Assembly (NCBI GenBank): GCA_051942245.1
Contig: JAVECL010000175.1
Span: 1-39,697, forward strand
Source: Trypethelium eluteriae
Taxonomy: Eukaryota
Length of the DNA: 39,697 nucleotides
Direction of reading: 5' to 3'
Below, piece after piece: positions 33,781-39,697 of the stretch. The position numbers were made by a program, and so were the translations under genes. How positions within the stretch are numbered: position 1 is the stretch's first letter; each line of letters opens with the position of its first letter. Below the pieces are notes generated by a model. That model had not been told where the DNA came from, searched no databases, and was given only the letters and a program-made list of their open reading frames with translations.

Positions 33781-34781
33781 TTAGCCGCCTCCTCCATCGA
33801 GCTCATCTCCCGCGCCTTCGTCGCCCAGATCGTCATCTTCTCCGTTGTCAAAGTAATTGTCTCCATAATCATCCTCAGCATCCTCGAACTCATCGTCCTC
33901 TAGCTGCCGATCCAACTCGTCGTCACGCTCTTCTGCTTCTTCGTCTTCTCCAGCAGGGACGATGCGTTCCTCGGGCTCCTCTGCATCCTGATTACCTGCC
34001 GTGTGGGCTTCGGCGGCTGCTTCCTCGTATCGTTTTAACCGTTTGAAATTGGCACGTGTAGAAAGCTTGGGCTCCTTGGCTGGGCGAGTGCGATCATCAC
34101 CTTCTTTTCGAGTTGGATCGAGCGTGGAGTGCAGCTCTTCTGGGAAGAAATCCAAAACTGTTTCATTGCAGTCAGCATCCAGTAGATTTTCATGTATAGA
34201 AAGCACCCATACCATAAGATCTGGTGTGTAGTTGAGGTACTTTGCGCCGCTGCTTCCGGTACTTCTGAGAAGAATACGTCGGTTGCCCTTCGAAGGGATC
34301 GAAAGTAGCCGCTGCAGGAGGAGGAGCCTTTCCGACGCGAACGCCACGGCCTAGCACGGTGTAGAGCGGTCCATCCCGAATGCGATCGCGAAGAGCGCGG
34401 TAGTGGGCGACTTGTTCCTTTTCCCTACGACGCGGGGGATTGGGGCGGGGCGTCTTCTCGGGCTGTTCCTCACTCACTAAGCGCTCGTTCCCAAATATTG
34501 TGGCCATAAGGGTAAGTCGCGGGATGATTCGCGAAGGCAAGAGAGCTTATACTGAAAGAGGCGTGGTGTGACATGGCAATGATGTTGTTGCATACGAATG
34601 TTCAGGTGAAAAGGTGTGTGAGGGAGAGACTTACGTGTGGGAAGTCAAAGGCGGGTGCGGCTTCAAGGTCGGGATCTTCATCCCAAGGGACCGGAACACC
34701 GCCAATGATGGTTTTTTGAGGTTCGTGGTCGTTCACCAACGACGCTTTTCCAGCCGTCGACTTTTGCCCACCTCGTGACAT
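33781..34781 (-). CDS. rpc31: RNA polymerase III subunit C31/RPC7 (exons 34781-34635, 34462-34213, 34157-33781)
   Basis: MSRGG start; YRALRDRIRDGPLYT, FDPFEGQPTYS.KY, FFPEEL, acidic tail with DYGDNYFDNGEDDD; in-frame GT-AG introns. Confidence 0.88.
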
Positions 34782-35105
34782 GTTGCCGGATTCAACAGCA
34801 CGAGCGGGCTCGTATTATTGCTACCGTGAAATTGTATGAAATGCTCTTGTCGATGGATAGAGCTTCCTCTTCATGGCTGAAAGATTATAGAAGAGGGAGA
34901 AAGAGGTGGAGACCTTGAATTAAAGGATCCTGAGATTTTCAAGTCGAGTGTGATAACAGCAGTTTTTCTGTTGCAAATGACTGGAAGTGGGGAGTCATGA
35001 AGCAGAAGGCGATTTTTTTGGATCGTGGGGAACCATCAGGCCCGGGCGGTGAAACGATCATCCTCTTAAGGTACTCTACGCATCCTCCACCACTACATCC
35101 GCAGT

Positions 35106-35130
35106 TGACTTCAGTGACTTCAGTGACTTC
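35106..35130 (+). repeat. Short tandem repeat (GACTTCAGT)~2.7 in the rpc31 / Hsm3-like divergent promoter
   Basis: GACTTCAGT GACTTCAGT GACTTC read directly. Confidence 0.7.
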
Positions 35131-35237
35131 CACTGGCAGCAATAATTTGCCCTGCATCGACGCACTCGACAATTTCACCCTGGACGCCTTTGATTTGATT
35201 GGTTTAATGAGCAGCGGAATCTCAAGCATGTAACATC

Positions 35238-37409
35238 ATGGCAAGCGATGCCGACCTTCTCAATCAGCTCGAAACGCACATTTCAAACGTCCAACAGGAC
35301 CCAGCGACACCACTAAACGAGAAGCTGTTCGAATCGAGCAAGACATTCCTCGCTCCGAATGTTGCGCCAGATACATCGACTCGCTTGGTGCAACAATTAG
35401 CAGGCCTTGTCACTACGTTGCAACAGGATCCCACTCCGATTAATGATCTTCTACTTAGGCTCTTGGAACCCTACTCCTTTTCCGACATACTTTCTTTTGA
35501 GTTTCCTGTAGATTTTGTTGCCGGACTCGATGTTGCCGCTCAACCTTTCAATCTCCTCACTCTCTCATTACTCGAGAAAGCGACGGCTACCAGCAATGAT
35601 GCAGCTACATTAGCAACGAAACCTGCTGTAGTTCTTGCCATTGTACGCCTCTGGCTCTGCACTCCAGACACAGGAGTCGCGGATAAGGCCCAGAACGTAC
35701 TCCTGGGTCTGCTCAAGGCTGATGAACAGACACCTGAACGCTCCAATGAGTCACGGACTGCACTTACAGGATCCGATCAAGGACTCGTTTGGAGAAGGAT
35801 TTTCGGAGATAGGGATATCTACACTCTGTTCTACGCTGCCTGCAGTCTTGACGTATCAAATCCGGACCTAAGACTCTCCAAGACACAAAAATCCTTAGCT
35901 CAGGCTAGATTGCTATCATGGCTTCCAAAGGTGGCATCTTTGGATTGGATCATGGTCACACGTAGCCACCATCCAGACGTTGAAGCTTCATATGGTCTAA
36001 AACCTACCGATAAAGGCCTGCTCCAATTCGCCTCTTGTAACATGGTTGATTACAAGGGCGATGTTCTATTACATATGAGCCTAATAAATTTTTATGCCGA
36101 TCTTCTTGAGCATGTTAGAAAGACTGCTCCCAACGGGTAGGTAATTTCACTTCATATCTCAGTCTCTCCATCTCATCGCCCTTCATACATCTCGTGTCTC
36201 GGAAGACAGTTGCCTGTCCTTCAAAGCATAGGAAAATACTACTCTCCCCTACTCTGTAAGGTACAGTGCAATGGACGGATATGACCCCATGGCTGAGTTA
36301 CAAATAATCCCAATGATAAGCACAGAATGGCAACTACGCAGCCTTGCCGATTACTAACAGAGACTAGACGAGGTCAATCCGTCGCTCTGGAATTCCTTAT
36401 CGCCACGGGCTTGCATGCAAGGTCCTTGTCATTCTACCTTCAACCGGGAAATCCTTCCCATGACCCGGTGGATGTATCGTACCTTTATGGGGTGTCAGCT
36501 CGTTACTGTTCGACTTATGCGACTTCATTGCCAGACCACTTCCTCCGCAGCAACAGTCTCCAAGCTACCTTGGCTGAGCTATCCAGGGCTTTGGACATTT
36601 CCCCAAACAAATGGGCGCACGGTGACTCGCCCAAGGATGACCTGCACGTTCTCGCCTCAATCCCACGTAAAGCGCTTTTTGCTCACACTAATGGGATTCC
36701 TGCGTGGACAAGCTCGCCTTTATCCCGAATTCCATCTTCTCAGACCAATGCGGATGCACTGAATACTCTGGCCACTGTTTTCCATGGACCACCTGAGCGG
36801 AAGGCATTGAAATTCCCGCCGGACTCACCGCTAAGTAATGACGTAGACCCACCCACAGAGAACGAGGCCGCAGCTGCGAGAGCACTATTCTATCTTTACC
36901 TAAGTCATCATCCGAAACTCTTTGCTGACGTTGTGTCACACGCGGAAACAATTGCCCTCAAAGACAAGGCTCTCGCCGCCATCAACCTTATATCTGCTGT
37001 CATTACGGCTGAATGGGCTCCATTTCCGGGAGAAGATGGATCTTTTCCAACAGAATCGCAGCTGAATGCGATGATGCCGCAACCCGCCTTAGCCGCAGCA
37101 AATACTGGCGTGCTTGCAGTCCTTTCACCACCCTGTCTCGAATACGTCCTTCCGTATCTCTTGCAACCAGCCCAGTCATTTACAAATCTTGTCGGTGGTC
37201 GTGGCGACACGGAGAGCACAGCCTATATTATTGCGACTTCCAAGTTCGATGCCCTCAGAGCGCTACAGAGCCGTCTAAGAGAACTATACCAGAGGGAGAG
37301 GTTGCCGGAATTCGAGCAGATGTTGGATGTAATTGATAAACGTGTCAGGGAAGGGCCATGGAGTCGGGAAGGCGAGGTTGGTGGTAGAATTGGGACATTA
37401 GAGATTTGA
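35238..37409 (+). CDS. Conserved alpha-helical (ARM/HEAT-like) protein, probably Hsm3/PSMD5-like proteasome assembly chaperone (exons 35238-36136, 36368-37409)
   Basis: Two long Leu-rich ORFs joined in frame by intron 36137-36367 (GTAGGT..TACTAAC..TAG); WRRIFGDRDIY, SLAQARLL, FTNLVGGRGD and EVGGRIGTLEI. Family assignment from memory of Pezizomycotina homologues. Confidence 0.7.
36190..36305 (+). ncRNA. Candidate intronic box H/ACA snoRNA
   Basis: Hairpin GAAGACAG-TTGC-CTGTCCTTC with a lower stem, then ANANNA (AAAATA 36233-36238), a second ACTC...GAGT-closed structure, and ACA at 36300-36302, inside an unusually long intron. Confidence 0.35.
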
Positions 37410-37577
37410 AGGGCTTGCGGCGCTTCTATGTATCAGATAACGGGGTGTCCCTAGGAAAGTGACCGTTTCGCTACTACAGACTCAGGCTGTAATGAATGTG
37501 AGGTCACCTAATTCGCATGCTGCGGTCAATCTCCGTGGTAAGCTGAAGTGATCAAGCTCGGCGGCAGCAGACGCAGC

Positions 37578-39143
37578 TTAAGCCTTGCCAACAAGGTCTA
37601 CAACATCCATCGGCTCTTTCCTCAACTCTACCCACCCATCACTTTCAAGTCGAACGATCTTTCCATCGACGCAGATACGGCGCCATCTAGAATCATCCTC
37701 TCTGCCTTCAACTTCGATTTTTAGACCTTCAATCTCTTCATAGTCCACCGATTCATCATCGACATGCTTCCCACCTTGATAGGCCAAACCCATGATCTCC
37801 ATGATTTTAGTACCATCCATAGGTCCAAAATGCACGAGTCTCAACTTTCCATCCACGGGTTTACTTTTCGGGGAGATTGTAAACCCTTCCTCCAAGTTCG
37901 AAACTAGGGTTGCCAAAACATAGGTGTGCTCCTGACGATCAAGTGTTTCCCAAACAAGATTACGTTTTGATGCGGTCTTCATCACGTCGTCAGTCGCCTG
38001 CACATCGGTTGCTTCGGCTTTCCCTTCCCGAAGCACTGAAATTTTACCCTGATACCGATGAGGCTCACTTCCATCAGCGGGAAATAAAGCTTCCTTTGCT
38101 GCCATCTTGAATCGCTCTGCGCCGTGTTGACGGTACTCCTCCGTGTCACTGTCGGCCACCAGACTGGCATGGAAGCCCCAGCTACACACTACAGCACCCC
38201 AAAGTGTTCCTATCTTATGCTCATCGGCAGGTAAAGGAACCTCTCGCTTTCCAAAAGCAGTTACCAAGCGTGCTCCTGGAGAGAAGGTTGCCCGGAATAC
38301 AGGTAGGTTTCGATGAACTCCTCGCAACATATACGAAAGCCCCAGAGTATGATCCCGCGTGATTCCAATCGATTGCGCCAGCGCATTTCCAGTCCCCACG
38401 GGCAGCAAACAAATGTTGGGCTTTACATACGTCGATCCGAACCCTTCCGTCGTCACTTCGCCCTCAGTTCCACGCGCGAACAGGGCATTGACGAAGTCGA
38501 CAACACCGCCATCGCCAGACATCAGCAGGATGGCTTGATTGACGCCTTTGCGGGCGCGAGGGAGAATGACAGAGGCGACGAGCTCAGTGATGGAATGCTC
38601 GGACTCAGTCCGATGGACCGTATAGCCAGTCCCTTCATGTTGCCCCAGATGAGCCAGCATGGGCTTGCCCAGATTTTGAAAATAGGCTTCGGCGAGGCCG
38701 GTGCCAGATTTAGTCGAGACGATGATGTGCAGATTTGGCCACGCGAGCTGCCCACCCTTGTCGACGCGGAGCTGCCAGCAAGACTTGCCACCAGGGGTGT
38801 AGTCATGGATGAACTGCTGGGGCAAGGACGTTGCGACTATACTTTGGAAGACGGTGACTCCTGTTGGGTGTTTGCTCGTAGCTTCGGAATCTGCATCTTT
38901 GGATGGTGGCTGGACATAGAGAATGGTATAGTCATTGGGTAGATGGGCACTAACGGGCAGGATGGCGATGATGTCCAATCCGGAAACGGTCGTAACATAA
39001 TTCGTATCTTCCAATCGATAACTCAGGCATTGTTTTGAAGGATCATCAGTAAGATTCTCATCTCGTTCGTATTTGAATTCAACGGGTTTCCCATCAACCT
39101 GGCCCATCGATCGAAGCGCCGTCGACTGTTCCGCGCCCATCAT
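37578..39143 (-). CDS. DAGKc-domain lipid kinase (diacylglycerol/sphingosine kinase-like)
   Basis: IIVSTKSGTG, LLMSGDGGVVD, LLPVGTGNALA and ICVDG motifs; first ATG at 39143; intronless. Confidence 0.9.
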   Translation of the reverse strand: MMGAEQSTALRSMGQVDGKPVEFKYERDENLTDDPSKQCLSYRLEDTNYVTTVSGLDIIAILPVSAHLPNDYTILYVQPPSKDADSEATSKHPTGVTVFQSIVATSLPQQFIHDYTPGGKSCWQLRVDKGGQLAWPNLHIIVSTKSGTGLAEAYFQNLGKPMLAHLGQHEGTGYTVHRTESEHSITELVASVILPRARKGVNQAILLMSGDGGVVDFVNALFARGTEGEVTTEGFGSTYVKPNICLLPVGTGNALAQSIGITRDHTLGLSYMLRGVHRNLPVFRATFSPGARLVTAFGKREVPLPADEHKIGTLWGAVVCSWGFHASLVADSDTEEYRQHGAERFKMAAKEALFPADGSEPHRYQGKISVLREGKAEATDVQATDDVMKTASKRNLVWETLDRQEHTYVLATLVSNLEEGFTISPKSKPVDGKLRLVHFGPMDGTKIMEIMGLAYQGGKHVDDESVDYEEIEGLKIEVEGREDDSRWRRICVDGKIVRLESDGWVELRKEPMDVVDLVGKA

Positions 39144-39439
39144 AGCGGGTGACGGTGACAAATGTCAGACAGCCACAGACTACCGTATCTTTTTTCAGCA
39201 TTTCAATATTTTTCCGATGGGTTGCAGGCAGCGAGAAAGGAAACCAGGTGCAGCTCCTATCACGTGTGGTGAGACCGGCGTGCGGCGCAGGTGGATGCAG
39301 ACCCTTGGTCGTATCCAGCCTCTCGGTGGATGACGGATTATGAGACAATCAAGCATTCTGCCTCAGCAACAACATTGATTGAAACCTTCACCCCTCACTT
39401 TTTCTCCCATAGCATTGATGCTTCTTCGCTTCTTGTATC

Positions 39440-39633
39440 TCAGAGCTTATTCTTCCTAACATTACCTTCACCTCTACAAGCTTGCCCATGCGATTGGAGC
39501 GCCGCTAACATGAATGGCTGGGTTCGTACAAGATACGCCATTGCACGAAAAAATCGCGATACTAATTGCGACACCAGGGAGTCTTCTTCATCATAGTCGT
39601 CGTCCTCCTCGTACTCACCGCTATCGGCTGGAT
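39440..39633 (-). CDS. Probable terminal exon of a gene extending beyond the window
   Basis: CTTAC..CCAG acceptor-like site followed by an open frame DSGEYEEDDDYDEEDSLVSQLVSRFFRAM...; product unknown. Confidence 0.35.
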
Positions 39634-39697
39634 CATGTAAGCCCACGCAATCTCCTCCCATCCTCACTCGCCATCCCATCCACCCTCAGCCTAGTCC

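Noticed and set aside
34463..34634. snoRNA in the 172-nt rpc31 intron
   Set aside because: No box C/D pair or convincing H/ACA layout on the sense strand.
36137..36367. TPP riboswitch or stwintron in the long intron
   Set aside because: TPP consensus elements absent; the internal AAG/GTACAG site has no branch point.
1..39697. CRISPR arrays, tRNA or rRNA genes, amyloid signalling motif next to the HeLo-like gene
   Set aside because: None recognised by eye; no regularly spaced repeats, cloverleaf or N/G/Q-rich pseudo-repeat found.

Overview
Intron-rich DNA from a filamentous ascomycete (Pezizomycotina): short GT-AG introns with CTRAY branch points. The flanks carry conserved housekeeping genes. 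Left flank: DASH subunit Duo1, a divergent Rum1/Sic1-like CDK-inhibitor candidate and a GrpB nucleotidyltransferase. Right flank: cyclin L-like, AA16 LPMO, Rpc31, Hsm3-like and a DAGKc lipid kinase. The centre (~7-29.5 kb) is gene-poor and looks accessory. It holds a decayed ferric/cupric reductase next to an intact Ctr copper transporter, a ~12-exon subgroup C (killer-toxin-like) GH18 chitinase with four CBM18 modules and a ~500-aa unknown C-terminal extension, AT-rich relic DNA, a metallophosphoesterase pseudogene split by a 231-bp solo-LTR-like element (9-bp terminal inverted repeats, 5-bp TSD), and a single-pass membrane protein. The most striking gene fuses an NLR-type HeLo-like/SesA N-terminal domain to a degenerate heterotrimeric G-alpha domain lacking both catalytic residues. 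All family calls come from manual motif recognition and remembered consensus sequences; no searches were run.
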